Origin: an uncultured Gemmatimonadales bacterium
GTDB lineage: Bacteria; Gemmatimonadota; Gemmatimonadetes; Gemmatimonadales; GWC2-71-9
Direction of reading: 5' to 3'
DNA: 64,000 nucleotides
Assembly (NCBI GenBank): GCA_963798915.1
Contig: CAWCVB010000011.1
Span: forward strand, 1-64,000
In this document: piece after piece, positions 11,210 to 21,374 of the stretch
How positions within the stretch are numbered: position 1 is the first letter of the stretch
Layout of the letters: every line of letters starts with the position of its first letter
The notes under the pieces: model-generated
Databases searched by the model: none
Seen by the model: the letters and a program-made list of their open reading frames with translations, nothing else
Told to the model about the DNA's origin: nothing
Translations under genes and position numbers: made by a program

Positions 11210-11626
11210 ATGCATGATGCGTTCGTCGCGCTGGGCAGCAACCTGGGCGATCGTGAAGCTCACCTGGCCTTCGCGCGTGAGGGGCTTGGCGCGCTGCCTG
11301 CAACCCAGGTGGTGGCGGTGAGTTCGGTGGAGGAGACAGCGCCGCTCGGCGGGCGCAGGCAGCCGAACTACCTGAACCAGATGGTGCGGATCAGGACCCG
11401 GCTGACGGCCCGGGCGCTGCTCGACGGGTGCCAGCACATCGAGCGGGCGGCCGGTCGGACGCGGGATGCCGAGGAACGCTGGCAATCCCGCACACTGGAT
11501 CTCGATATCGTACGGTTCGACGACGTGACCTTGGACGAACCTGGACTCACCTTGCCCCATCCGGGACTGCCGGAGCGGGACTTCTGGCAGCGCGAACTTG
11601 CGGAGCTCCTTGCTCATGACAATTGA
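11210..11626 (+). CDS. folK: 2-amino-4-hydroxy-6-hydroxymethyldihydropteridine diphosphokinase
   Basis: VALGSNLGDR, YLNQ, RWQSRTLDLDI, LTLPHP. Confidence 0.93.
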   Translation: MHDAFVALGSNLGDREAHLAFAREGLGALPATQVVAVSSVEETAPLGGRRQPNYLNQMVRIRTRLTARALLDGCQHIERAAGRTRDAEERWQSRTLDLDIVRFDDVTLDEPGLTLPHPGLPERDFWQRELAELLAHDN

Positions 11627-12425
11627 CAGCCGGCCCCGGACCGTACCGGACCTCACCGCCATGAAGGCCCAGGGTCGCCGCATCGTCATGCTCACCTGCT
11701 ATGACGCGATGTTCGCGCGCATCCTCGACAGCGCGCCGGTCGATGTGTTTCTGGTGGGCGATTCCCTGAACCAGGTAGTTGCCGGCAGGGAGTCGACCCT
11801 CAGCGCGACCCTTGACCAGATGATCTACCACGCCGCCAGCGTCCGGCGCGGCACGCCGGCGCTGATGTTCGTGGACATGCCGTTTCTCACCTACCAGGTC
11901 TCGATCGAGGAGGCCATTCGCAACGCCGGCCGTGTCATGCAGGAGACCGGCGCCAATGGGGTCAAGATTGAAGGGGGCGAGCCGATGGCTGCCACCGTGC
12001 GTGCGCTGGTGGACCGGGGCATCCCGGTCATGGGCCACCTTGGCCTCACGCCCCAGTCGGTACACGCGCTCGGCGGCTATCGGGTGCAGGGGCGGGAACC
12101 GGCCGTGGCCGACCGACTCCTGGCGGACGCGCAGGCGCTGCAGTCCGCTGGCGCGTGCGCGATCGTCCTCGAGCTCACGCCCGCCGCGCTCTCTCGTCGC
12201 CTGACGGACGCCCTGCTCGTGCCGACCATCGGCATTGGCGCCGGTCCTGGCTGCGACGGGCAGGTCCTGGTGCTGCACGACATGCTGGGGTTGAACGAGA
12301 TGTTCAAGCCCAAATTCCTGAAGCGCTACGCGGAACTCGGCGCCGGCGTTCGCCAGGCGGCAACCGATTTTGCCGCCGACGTTCGCGAGGGACGGTATCC
12401 GGACGGCCCGCACAGCTTCGACTGA
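11616..12425 (+). CDS. panB: 3-methyl-2-oxobutanoate hydroxymethyltransferase
   Basis: MLTCYD, LVGDSL, VKIEGG, GHLGLTPQS, TIGIGAG..CDGQVLV. Confidence 0.95.
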   Translation: MTIDSRPRTVPDLTAMKAQGRRIVMLTCYDAMFARILDSAPVDVFLVGDSLNQVVAGRESTLSATLDQMIYHAASVRRGTPALMFVDMPFLTYQVSIEEAIRNAGRVMQETGANGVKIEGGEPMAATVRALVDRGIPVMGHLGLTPQSVHALGGYRVQGREPAVADRLLADAQALQSAGACAIVLELTPAALSRRLTDALLVPTIGIGAGPGCDGQVLVLHDMLGLNEMFKPKFLKRYAELGAGVRQAATDFAADVREGRYPDGPHSFD

Positions 12426-12430
12426 CGTCC

Positions 12431-13279
12431 ATGCTCGAGATCGGCGGCATCGGTGAACTGCGGGCGTGGCGGCGGGCCCGGCGCGAGGAGGGGCGCCGCG
12501 TGGCGCTGGTTCCGACCATGGGCGCGCTCCATGACGGACATCTCAGCCTGGTGGACGCGGCGCGCCAAGTTGCCGATGTCGTGGTGATGAGCGTCTTTGT
12601 CAACCCGCTCCAGTTCGCCCCGTCGGAAGACCTGTCCCGCTACCCGCGCAACCCGGCGCGGGATCGCGCCCTGGCGCGTGATCGCGGTGTGGACCTGCTC
12701 TTCCTTCCGTCCGTCGATACCATGTATCCCGCAGGCGCGATGACCCGGGTCGTCCCCGGTGACCTGGCCGGCCGCTGGGAAGGCAGCGCACGGCCCGGCC
12801 ACTTTGTGGGCGTGCTGACCGTGGTGGCCAAGCTGTTTCATCTCGTGGAGCCCGAGGTGGCATGCTTCGGGCAAAAGGACATCCAGCAGTTCACGCTGAT
12901 CCGTCAGATGGTGCGGGACCTGGACTGGAACATCCGTCTCGAGCGGGAGCCGATCGTGCGGGAGGCGGATGGTCTCGCCATGAGCAGCCGCAATCTCTAC
13001 CTCTCGTCGGGCGAGCGGCGACAGGCCACAGCGCTCAAGCGTGCGCTTGACGCCGCCCGCACCGCGTTTGAGGCCGGCGAGGGCAACGCCGGCCGCCTCG
13101 CGGACCGGGTGCGAGCGGGGCTGGAAGCCCATGGGCCATTGCGCGCCGAGTATATTGCAGTCGTGGAACCGGAGGAAATGCTGCCGGTGGCGACAGCAGG
13201 CCTCGGCACTATCGTGGCCATCGCCGTTCGCGTCGGCGGCACCCGCCTGATCGACAACATCATTCTCGGAGAGGACTGA
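12431..13279 (+). CDS. panC: Pantoate-beta-alanine ligase
   Basis: [43 protein letters not shown]. Confidence 0.95.
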   Translation: MLEIGGIGELRAWRRARREEGRRVALVPTMGALHDGHLSLVDAARQVADVVVMSVFVNPLQFAPSEDLSRYPRNPARDRALARDRGVDLLFLPSVDTMYPAGAMTRVVPGDLAGRWEGSARPGHFVGVLTVVAKLFHLVEPEVACFGQKDIQQFTLIRQMVRDLDWNIRLEREPIVREADGLAMSSRNLYLSSGERRQATALKRALDAARTAFEAGEGNAGRLADRVRAGLEAHGPLRAEYIAVVEPEEMLPVATAGLGTIVAIAVRVGGTRLIDNIILGED

Positions 13280-13284
13280 TTCTC

Positions 13285-13656
13285 TTGCATCGCCATCTCA
13301 TGCGATCCAAAATCCATCGCGCGACCATCACGGCTGCCGATTTGCACTATGAGGGCTCGCTCACGCTCGATGAAGATCTCCTTGATGCGGCCGACCTGCA
13401 GGAGTTTGAGGAAGTGCAGGTTGTCAACGTGAACAACGGCGCCCGCTTCGATACCTACGTCATTCCGGGGCCGCGCGGCTCCGGCGTGGTGCAGCTCAAC
13501 GGCGCCGCGGCGCGCCTGGGACTGCCGGGCGACCTCGTCATCCTGATCGCGTACGGACTGTTTGACGAGGCGGAAGCGGAGCAGCACGAGCCCCGAGTGG
13601 TATTCGTGGATGAACAGAACCGGGTCGCCCGGCCGGCGCTGCGGGCTGAAGGGTGA
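13285..13656 (+). CDS. panD: Aspartate 1-decarboxylase
   Basis: [13 protein letters not shown] cleavage site, [18 protein letters not shown] start. Confidence 0.95.
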   Translation: MHRHLMRSKIHRATITAADLHYEGSLTLDEDLLDAADLQEFEEVQVVNVNNGARFDTYVIPGPRGSGVVQLNGAAARLGLPGDLVILIAYGLFDEAEAEQHEPRVVFVDEQNRVARPALRAEG

Positions 13657-13681
13657 ACGATCTCGCCTGGCGGGTCCTCCA

Positions 13682-14242
13682 CTGACCTCTCCCGCGCTTC
13701 GCCCCACCCTGCCTGCGTGGGCTGAGATCACGCCCGCCCGCCTGGAGCATGTCGGGCGGGTGGCCCAGTTGGCGGCGTCCTGGGCCGAAACGATGGGCGT
13801 CCCCGACTCGGAGCGCAACCGCTGGCTCCGCGCCATCTGGCTGCATGATGCGCTGCGGGATGCATCGCCGGAGACACTGCAGGAGTGGGCCTCGAGCAGC
13901 CCGGGTGCGGTGGAGCTTCGGCACGGTCCGGCGAGTGCGGCTCGTGCCAAGGCTGAGGGCGAGACCGACCGCGGGGTGCTTGACGCCGTGCGTTATCACT
14001 CGGTCGGCCTGCCCGAGTGGGACATGGTGGGACGGGTGCTGTATTGCGCCGACTACCTGGAGCCTGGGCGGGAATTCGACCAGGACCATCGCGCCGAGCT
14101 GGCTCGGGCATTTCCTTCCCGGAGCCCGCAAGTCCTGCGCGCGGTGGCGCGTGCCCGCGTGCTCCACGTCATTGAATCGGGGTGGCCGTTGCCCGACCCG
14201 ATGGTGCGCTTCTGGAACAGTCTCGCCGACTCGTCATCCTGA
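13682..14242 (+). CDS. YqeK-like HD-domain phosphohydrolase (Ap4A hydrolase family)
   Basis: RLEHVGRVA, WLHDA, HGPASA, AVRYHSVG, LYCADYLEPGR. Start approximate. Confidence 0.75.
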   Translation: MTSPALRPTLPAWAEITPARLEHVGRVAQLAASWAETMGVPDSERNRWLRAIWLHDALRDASPETLQEWASSSPGAVELRHGPASAARAKAEGETDRGVLDAVRYHSVGLPEWDMVGRVLYCADYLEPGREFDQDHRAELARAFPSRSPQVLRAVARARVLHVIESGWPLPDPMVRFWNSLADSSS

Positions 14243-14667
14243 CCCTTGCCGGAGTGGGTGTCCTGCTGGTCACCCTGCTGGTGGTTGTCGCCCGCACGCC
14301 TCGACCGACCGAATCTTCAGCGTCGAGCACGGCGTCGCGCGCCGTCGGCGAGCCCGCCTGGCCGGTGCCCGACGGTGAGGCGACCGCCGTGGTCGAGGTG
14401 CTGAACGGCACCGGGCGCGCCGGCCTGGCTCGCACCGCCACGCGGCTGCTGCGTTCGCGCGGCATCGACGTTGTCAGCTATGGCAACGCGGACTCGTCCG
14501 CCCAGTCCGTCATTCTCCTTCGTCGCGGCAGCCAGGCTCGCGCGCGGGCGGTCCTTCACGCGCTCGGGACCGGCGCCATCCAGGTGGCGCTCGACTCCAC
14601 CAGGCACGTGGATGTCACCGTCATTCTCGGCTCAGATTTTCATCCCCGGATGCCGCTGCATCCCTGA
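14182..14667 (+). CDS. Membrane-anchored LytR C-terminal domain protein
   Basis: N-terminal TM helix, VEVLNGTGRAGLA..YGNAD, VDVTVILGSDF. Start approximate. Confidence 0.8.
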   Translation: MAVARPDGALLEQSRRLVILTLAGVGVLLVTLLVVVARTPRPTESSASSTASRAVGEPAWPVPDGEATAVVEVLNGTGRAGLARTATRLLRSRGIDVVSYGNADSSAQSVILLRRGSQARARAVLHALGTGAIQVALDSTRHVDVTVILGSDFHPRMPLHP

Positions 14668-15985
14668 CTGCCGCCCTGAGCCCGATCGCGAGGTCCATCA
14701 CGTTGGTACCGGTCGGCCCGGTCGTCAGCAGGGCGCCAGCCTGGCGCAGAGCGCCTGCGCTGTCGTGCGCGACGAGCAGCTCCATCGGACGCACAATCCG
14801 TCCGTAGGTCTCGCCGTCCACGACTGCGCCGGCGCTGGTGGTCGTGCCATCGATGCCATCGGTACCGGCGCACAGCAAGACGACATTGCTCGCGCCCCTC
14901 AGCACCTGGGCCGCTGCCAGTGCGAGCTCCTGGTTGCGTCCACCGTTGCCGCTCGCCGCATCGAGAGTAACCGTGGTCTCGCCGCCGGCGATCACGGCAT
15001 GGCGGCGCCCGTCTGCGGCGCATAAACGCTGGGCCAGCTCCTGGCCGCAGGTAACGGCCTCTCCCCGCAGCCCGCCGGACAGTAGCTCGACCGCAAAGCC
15101 AAGGGCCTCGGCGGCCGCTCCTGCCGCGGTGAGGGCCATCGCATTCGAGGCGATAATCTCGAGCTCCACGTTGGCGAAGCACTGGGCGCCTGGCTTTGGC
15201 GTTTCGGCCCGCTGCCCAGCGGCCATTTGTTCCAGGACCTGCTGGACGTCCGGCTCGAGGGTCAGTCCGTGCGCATGGAGCCGGGCCATGACCTCGCCTG
15301 CTGTGGCCGGGTCGGGTGACATTGGCCCGGAGGCAACTGATTCCGGACGATCGCCTGGCACGTCAGACATCACCAGCACCAGCGTGCGGGCAGGTCCGAG
15401 ACTCTCGGCGAGACGACCCCCTCCCCAGCGCAGGAACCGTCGTCGAATGAAGTTGGCTTCGTGAATGTCCAGGCCGCTGCGAAGCAGCTGCCGAAAGATT
15501 TCCTGGAGGTTGGCGAGAGACAGGCCGGAAATGGGCGCGCCAACCAGACTGCTGGCCCCACCCGACAGCAGCACCAGTACCCGGTCGCTGGGCGTCACGG
15601 TCGAGACCAGGCGCGACAGCGCGCTGGCCGCTTGCAGAGAATGCGTGCCGGGGACCGGGTGGTCTCCAGAAACCAGATTGGCGGCGGCAGGCGCGCCGGT
15701 AGCGTCCGCGGGGGCGACGACGAGGGTGGCGCTCGCGGCCATCCCCGATTCATGTTGCCACTCGGCGGCGGCGAGCGCCATTTGAGTGGCGGCCTTGCCG
15801 AGCGCGATCACGTGGGTAAAGCCGTCCAGGAAACGCCGGTGGTTCAGGGCCCTTCGCACCGCGGGGCCCGGCGCCACGGCCGCGAGTCCGGCTGCGAAAC
15901 ACGAGACCGCTGCGTCCCCGAGTCCGTGATCCCTCCGCCACGTCCATGCTGGCGGTGTGGCCAGGCCCTCAACCGGATCTTCCAT
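14621..15985 (-). CDS. Glycerate 2-kinase (MOFRL/DUF4147 family)
   Basis: LGKAA, GDHPVPG, LLSGGASSL, SDVPGD..VASGP, GGETTV, GGRNQE, TDGIDG, TGPTGTNVMD. Confidence 0.9.
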   Translation of the reverse strand: MEDPVEGLATPPAWTWRRDHGLGDAAVSCFAAGLAAVAPGPAVRRALNHRRFLDGFTHVIALGKAATQMALAAAEWQHESGMAASATLVVAPADATGAPAAANLVSGDHPVPGTHSLQAASALSRLVSTVTPSDRVLVLLSGGASSLVGAPISGLSLANLQEIFRQLLRSGLDIHEANFIRRRFLRWGGGRLAESLGPARTLVLVMSDVPGDRPESVASGPMSPDPATAGEVMARLHAHGLTLEPDVQQVLEQMAAGQRAETPKPGAQCFANVELEIIASNAMALTAAGAAAEALGFAVELLSGGLRGEAVTCGQELAQRLCAADGRRHAVIAGGETTVTLDAASGNGGRNQELALAAAQVLRGASNVVLLCAGTDGIDGTTTSAGAVVDGETYGRIVRPMELLVAHDSAGALRQAGALLTTGPTGTNVMDLAIGLRAAVRDAAASGDENLSRE

Positions 15986-16958
15986 GCCCGACTCCAGGCT
16001 TGTAGTCGCGCTGACCCGCCGGCTTCTGCCGATTACCGAGCAGGCGCTGGCTGATCGTTATGACCTGCGTCTGCCCGCCGGGGAAGGCCCACCGTCGCCG
16101 GCGGAACTTCGCGCCTTGTTCTCCGCGAGCGATATTGTTGTTGCAACCGTCGGGGACCAGGTCACTGGCGAGAGCATTCCTGAGCATCCCCGGACCAGGC
16201 TGCTGGCCAACTACGGGGTCGGCATGAACCATATCGACCTCCCCGCGATCCGCGCAGCGGGCATGCTGGCCACCAACACGCCTGGTGTGCTGACAGACGC
16301 AACGGCGGAGCTTGCCATCACCCTGATGTTGATGACGGCTCGCCGCGCTGGTGAAGGCGAGCGCCAACTGCGAGCTGGCCGGTGGGGCGGGTGGGCGCCC
16401 ACCCATCTGCCCGGCACGTCCCTTTGCGGGCGGCAGCTTGGGATCGTGGGCATGGGCAGAATCGGCCTCGAGACCGCACGCCGCGCGGCCGCCGGGTTGG
16501 GCATGTCGATCAGATATTTCTCTCGGTCCGAGGTGCCGGCCGAACGCTTGATCGGGCTTGCCGCGGTGCGCGTGGCCGACCTCGATGAGCTGCTGCGAGA
16601 AGCCCACGTCATTTCACTGCATTGCCCGCTCACGCCAGCGACGCATCACCTGATCGACGAGCGGCGCCTGGCGCTGATGCGTCCGGATGCGCTCTTGATC
16701 AACACCGCACGCGGCGCTGTGGTCGACGAAGCGGCGCTGGCGCGCGCGCTGGCAGCCGGATCACTTGCCGGTTGCGGTCTCGATGTCTATGAGCACGAAC
16801 CCACAGTCCATCCGGACCTCCTGCGCCTGGAACGTGCCGTGCTTCTTCCACACCTCGGCAGCGCGACGGTCGAAGCCCGAACTGCAATGGGAGACCTGGT
16901 GTTGGCAAATATTGCGGCCTGGGCGGCCGGTGAGCGGCCGCCCAACCTGGTCAACTGA
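15984..16958 (+). CDS. D-isomer-specific 2-hydroxyacid dehydrogenase (glyoxylate/hydroxypyruvate reductase-like)
   Basis: GVGMNHID, TNTPGVLTDATAE, GIVGMGRIG, INTARG, GLDVYEHEP, LPHLGSAT. Confidence 0.9.
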   Translation: MPDSRLVVALTRRLLPITEQALADRYDLRLPAGEGPPSPAELRALFSASDIVVATVGDQVTGESIPEHPRTRLLANYGVGMNHIDLPAIRAAGMLATNTPGVLTDATAELAITLMLMTARRAGEGERQLRAGRWGGWAPTHLPGTSLCGRQLGIVGMGRIGLETARRAAAGLGMSIRYFSRSEVPAERLIGLAAVRVADLDELLREAHVISLHCPLTPATHHLIDERRLALMRPDALLINTARGAVVDEAALARALAAGSLAGCGLDVYEHEPTVHPDLLRLERAVLLPHLGSATVEARTAMGDLVLANIAAWAAGERPPNLVN

Positions 16959-18018
16959 TGTGTGGCAGCGCCGTGGGGCGACGCTTTCGCTCGACCTCGA
17001 TCTTCAATTGACCACATGCAGCGCTGATGTCGAGCCCTCGGCTGCGACGCACCGCCGCTTCAATGCCCTGGGCCCGCAGGCGCCGCGCGAAGGCATTGAT
17101 CTGCGTCGCCGGTGAGGGGGCGAGCCCGGGCGCGCCGCCCGGATGCAGGGGCAGGATGTTCACGAATGCCCCCAGCCGGCGCGCATGACCCGCCAGGACA
17201 TCGGCGTCTTCCAGTCGATCGTTGACCCCTGCGATCATCACGTACTCGAAGGTGACTCGCCGGCGAAATGCCTCGGCCGCGCGAAGCACGGCGTCCAGGC
17301 CATACTTCTTCTGCACCGGCATGATCCCGAGGCGCTGCGAAGCCGTGGGAGCATGCAGCGAGATCGCAAGCCGGAATTGCTCGGGGCGGCGGGCGAAGGC
17401 TTCCATGCCCGGAATGATTCCCACGGTGGACACGGTGATATGCCGCGCGCCGATGCCGAACCCCAGCGGCTGGTTCAGGATGGACAGCGCCACGTCCACG
17501 GCGTCCCAGTTGAGCATCGGCTCGCCCATGCCCATGAAGACGACGTTGGAGGGCTTGTCCGCCGGGTCGCGGAGGACCAGTTCCCGGACCTGCCCTGCAA
17601 TCTCGAAGGCGGAAAGATTGCGCCGAAAGCCCATGGTTCCCGTAGCGCAGAAGGCGCACCGTAGCGCGCATCCTGCCTGTGATGAAATGCAGAGGGTCCG
17701 ACGCGCGCCTGAGGGGATCAGCACCGACTCGATCGCTTCGCCGTCAGCGAGCCGCCACAGCAGCTTGCGGGTGCCATCCGTAGATCGCTGCTCGACATCC
17801 AGCGTGAGGCGGCCCAGCGGCAGGTCCACATCCAGCTCGGATCGAAGCTCGCGGGGCAGTTCCGTTGCATCGGCCCAGCGCTCGACCGGTGCGACCCAGA
17901 GCCGGCGGACAAGCTGCGCGGTACGGTAGGCCGGCAGCCGGCGCTCTGCTACCCAGCCGGCCAGGCGCTCGCGGGCAGCATCAGGGGCCAGATCGAGAAG
18001 GTCGCGGGGTGGACTCAT
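16951..18018 (-). CDS. rlmN: 23S rRNA/tRNA m2A methyltransferase RlmN (radical SAM)
   Basis: CISSQAGCALRCAFC, FMGMGEP, ISLHAP, DISAACGQL. Confidence 0.93.
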   Translation of the reverse strand: MSPPRDLLDLAPDAARERLAGWVAERRLPAYRTAQLVRRLWVAPVERWADATELPRELRSELDVDLPLGRLTLDVEQRSTDGTRKLLWRLADGEAIESVLIPSGARRTLCISSQAGCALRCAFCATGTMGFRRNLSAFEIAGQVRELVLRDPADKPSNVVFMGMGEPMLNWDAVDVALSILNQPLGFGIGARHITVSTVGIIPGMEAFARRPEQFRLAISLHAPTASQRLGIMPVQKKYGLDAVLRAAEAFRRRVTFEYVMIAGVNDRLEDADVLAGHARRLGAFVNILPLHPGGAPGLAPSPATQINAFARRLRAQGIEAAVRRSRGLDISAACGQLKIEVERKRRPTALPHIS

Positions 18019-18065
18019 GGAGAAAAGATAACTGTCTGACAGGCGCCGGGCGGCGCCAGAATTGC

Positions 18066-18094
18066 TTGTCGCACTTCAGGTTGACGGTTACGTT
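18066..18094 (+). promoter_or_regulatory. Putative sigma70 promoter of the PTS IIA-aspS run
   Basis: TTGTCG-N17-TACGTT in the rlmN/PTS IIA intergenic region. Confidence 0.5.
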
Positions 18095-18120
18095 TCGCCC
18101 ATGCTGCCACACCCCCTCGC

Positions 18121-18576
18121 ATGCTTCTGACCCAACTGCTGGCCCCGCAACGGGTAGCCGTACCACTCGAGGCAACCGACAAGCCCGGCATCCTTCGGGA
18201 ACTGGCGGAATTACTGGTCCGGGAGACCGGTGGGAGCGTGGCAGATGTGCTGCGTGCCGTGCAGGACCGCGAACAGGTATTGAGTACCGGCGTCGGTTTC
18301 GGCATTGCCATTCCGCACGGCCGCTCGCCCAGCATGCCCGACCTTGCCGCAGTCGCCGGGCGATCACGCCAGCCCATTGACTTCGAGGCGCTGGACGGCG
18401 AGCCGGTAAGCCTCTTCTTCATGCTGGTCGGTCCCGAACGATGCGCCGGCCAGCACGTCAAGGCCCTGAGCCGCATCGCGCGGCTCGCCCGGAGCGAGGG
18501 GTTGCGCCAGCAATTGCTGGTTGCGCCGACGGCGGCCGAGTTCTATCAGGCGCTGGCCGAGGCGGAGTCCCGCTGA
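18121..18576 (+). CDS. PTS IIA (Ntr/fructose-type) domain protein
   Basis: REQVLSTGVGFGIAIPHG, DFEALDGEPV, HVKALSRIARL. Confidence 0.9.
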   Translation: MLLTQLLAPQRVAVPLEATDKPGILRELAELLVRETGGSVADVLRAVQDREQVLSTGVGFGIAIPHGRSPSMPDLAAVAGRSRQPIDFEALDGEPVSLFFMLVGPERCAGQHVKALSRIARLARSEGLRQQLLVAPTAAEFYQALAEAESR

Positions 18577-18622
18577 GCGCATCGCATGAGCCCATGAACC
18601 GCCAATTGATGGGAGAGCCCGC

Positions 18623-20395
18623 GTGACGGCCACGGCCATTCGGACGCACTATTGTGGCGCCCTCACTGCTGGCGAGATTGGTCAGCACGTGCGCCTGGGC
18701 GGCTGGGTGCATCGCGTCCGCGACCTTGGCGGGCTGGTGTTTGTGGACCTGCGCGACCGGGAAGGGCTGGTGCAGCTCTCGTTCGATCCCCGCTGGACAC
18801 CGCCTGATGTCATGGCGGCGGCGGCCCAGCTCGGTGCGGAGTCGGTGATCCAGGTTGAAGGCCTGGTGGACCGCCGTCCCGATCTGGCCCGCGACGCCAC
18901 CTTGCGAACCCGGGATGTCGAAGTCCACGTGCACGCCCTGCGCGTGACAGGGCGGGCAGCGACGCCGGCGATTCCGGTGGCGCGGAAGGAAGGTGAAGAG
19001 CTGGCCGCCGAAGAATTGCGACTGCGGTATCGGGTGCTCGACCTCCGCCGCCCAGAACTGCAGGCCAATCTCCTCCTGCGCCACCGCCTCACCCAGCAGG
19101 CGCGCCGCACGTTGTCCGACCTCGGCTTCCTGGAAATCGAGACGCCCATCCTGACCAAGCCGACACCGGAGGGTGCCCGCGACTACCTGGTCCCGAGCCG
19201 GGTGCACCCGGGCGAGTTCTACGCCCTGCCGCAGTCACCGCAGATCTACAAGCAGTTGCTCATGGTGGCCGGCTATGACCGCTATTTTCAGATAGCCCGC
19301 TGCTTCCGTGATGAAGACCTGCGCGCCGACCGCCAGCCGGAATTCACCCAGATCGACCTGGAGGCGTCATTTGTCTCCGCCGAAGATGTCCAGTCGGTTG
19401 TAGAGCGCGTGCTGGTGGATCTCTGGGACACCGCTGGCCAAGCCGTCGAGCATCCCTTCACCCGGCTCACCTGGCGCGATGCGATGGAGCGGTTCGGTAC
19501 CGACAAGCCCGACCTCCGGTTTGGTTTCGAGATTCAGGACCTGACCTCCCGCGCCGGGGAAGGCGTCGCGCCATTTGTCTCCGAGGCGCTGGCAGCCGGC
19601 GGGCGGCTGCGCGGCATCGTGGCCGACGGTGCCGGCGCGTTAAGCCGGAAGGACATTGATCAGTTGTCGGCTGCGGCCAAGGCGACCGGCGCGGGCGGCC
19701 TCATCTGGGCACGCCGCACCGCGGAGGGCTGGGAAGGGCAGGGGGTCAAGGCGCTTGGCGCGGGGCTGCTGGCCGGGCTGGACGCGACTGCCGGGGCCCT
19801 GCTTGTCGCCATCAGCGGACCGGACAGCGTGACGTCACCGGCGCTGCACGCGGTCCGGGCCTTGCTGCTCCTGCGCACCGGGGCGTCGCCGCTCCGGGCT
19901 CATGCCTTTGCCTGGATAACCGACTTCCCGCTCTTCGAGCTGGATCCGGACTCCGGCGCATATGTGCCGGCGCATCACCCCTTCACGTCGCCGCATCCGG
20001 AGGACCTCGACCAGCTCGATGCCAATCCAGCCGGGTGTCGCGCACTGCATTATGACGTAGTCTATAATGGCAACGAACTGGGAAGCGGATCCATCCGGAT
20101 CACCGACCCGGCGGTGCAGGAGGCCATCTTCCGGCTGCTCGGGATCCCCGCTGACGAAGTCCGGCGGCGGTTCGGCTTCCTGCTCGATGGCCTCGCGGCG
20201 GGTGCTCCGCCGCATGGCGGCTTTGCGCTGGGGCTGGACCGGCTGGTCATGCTGCTGGCTGGGGCCACGTCGCTCCGGGACGTCATCGCCTTCCCCAAGA
20301 CGACCGCGGCCCGTGCCCTGTTCGAGGGCGCGCCGACCACCGTGACTCCGCGGGACCTCGCAGCCCTGCACCTTCGCGTTCTTGGCGAGGGCTGA
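18623..20395 (+). CDS. aspS: Aspartate-tRNA ligase
   Basis: [64 protein letters not shown]. Confidence 0.96.
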   Translation: MTATAIRTHYCGALTAGEIGQHVRLGGWVHRVRDLGGLVFVDLRDREGLVQLSFDPRWTPPDVMAAAAQLGAESVIQVEGLVDRRPDLARDATLRTRDVEVHVHALRVTGRAATPAIPVARKEGEELAAEELRLRYRVLDLRRPELQANLLLRHRLTQQARRTLSDLGFLEIETPILTKPTPEGARDYLVPSRVHPGEFYALPQSPQIYKQLLMVAGYDRYFQIARCFRDEDLRADRQPEFTQIDLEASFVSAEDVQSVVERVLVDLWDTAGQAVEHPFTRLTWRDAMERFGTDKPDLRFGFEIQDLTSRAGEGVAPFVSEALAAGGRLRGIVADGAGALSRKDIDQLSAAAKATGAGGLIWARRTAEGWEGQGVKALGAGLLAGLDATAGALLVAISGPDSVTSPALHAVRALLLLRTGASPLRAHAFAWITDFPLFELDPDSGAYVPAHHPFTSPHPEDLDQLDANPAGCRALHYDVVYNGNELGSGSIRITDPAVQEAIFRLLGIPADEVRRRFGFLLDGLAAGAPPHGGFALGLDRLVMLLAGATSLRDVIAFPKTTAARALFEGAPTTVTPRDLAALHLRVLGEG

Positions 20396-20423
20396 GCGCC
20401 AGCCCGCACCGCATGAGGTAGAC

Positions 20424-21374
20424 GTGGCAGACGAGATGACCCACCGGCTCTCGACCGAGGGCGCTGATCCCCTCCTGCTCACCGGCGTCAACGATGCGAC
20501 GCTGGTGGAAGTGCAGCGCCAACTGGATGTGCGGGTGAGCTACCGTGGCGATGCGCTCGCATTGAGCGGGACGGCGGACCATGTCGAGCGTGCGACACCG
20601 GTCGTGCAGGGCCTCATTGACCTGGCCCGCATGGGCGAGCCCGTCACGGCCGACGATGTCAGCCGACTGGTGAGCGAAGGGCCGGTCGAGGTTTCGAGCA
20701 CGCCCGCGGAAGGTCGGATTGTGCTCCCCGGGCTGCGCCGAGCCATTGTGGCGCGGACGCAGGGCCAGCGCGATTATGTGCAGACGATCGCCACCAACGA
20801 CATCGTGGTCGGGATCGGGCCGGCCGGTACCGGCAAGACCTATCTTGCCGTGGCGAAGGCCGTCGAGGCGCTGGCCCGCAAGCGCGTGCGTCGCATCATT
20901 CTGGCGCGGCCAGCAGTGGAAGCCGGCGAGTCGCTCGGATTTCTGCCCGGCGACCTGCAGGCCAAGGTCGATCCCTACCTCCGGCCCCTCTATGATGCGC
21001 TCGAGGACATGATGCCGCACGACCGGGTCCAGCGTGCCCTCGAGACCCGGACGATCGAGATTGCACCGCTGGCCTACATGCGAGGACGCACCCTGGCCGA
21101 TGCATTCATCATTCTCGACGAAGCGCAGAACGCCACGGTGGCACAGATGAAAATGTTCCTGACGCGCCTCGGCGTGAACAGCAAGACCGTGGTCACGGGT
21201 GACAAGACCCAGATTGACCTGCCGCGACGCGAGGACTCGGGCCTGGTCCAGATCGAACGCGTGCTCCAGGGCATCGACGGCATCGGCTTCTGCTACCTGC
21301 AGGAATCCGACGTGGTTCGTCACCGGCTGGTGCGCGACATCATCCGGGCCTACGCGGAAGACCAGGGCGGCTGA
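20424..21374 (+). CDS. phoH: PhoH family ATPase (YbeZ-like)
   Basis: GPAGTGKTYLA, RPAVEAGE, PLAYMRGRT, DEAQN, TGDKTQID; GAGG upstream of GTG 20424. Confidence 0.93.
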   Translation: MADEMTHRLSTEGADPLLLTGVNDATLVEVQRQLDVRVSYRGDALALSGTADHVERATPVVQGLIDLARMGEPVTADDVSRLVSEGPVEVSSTPAEGRIVLPGLRRAIVARTQGQRDYVQTIATNDIVVGIGPAGTGKTYLAVAKAVEALARKRVRRIILARPAVEAGESLGFLPGDLQAKVDPYLRPLYDALEDMMPHDRVQRALETRTIEIAPLAYMRGRTLADAFIILDEAQNATVAQMKMFLTRLGVNSKTVVTGDKTQIDLPRREDSGLVQIERVLQGIDGIGFCYLQESDVVRHRLVRDIIRAYAEDQGG

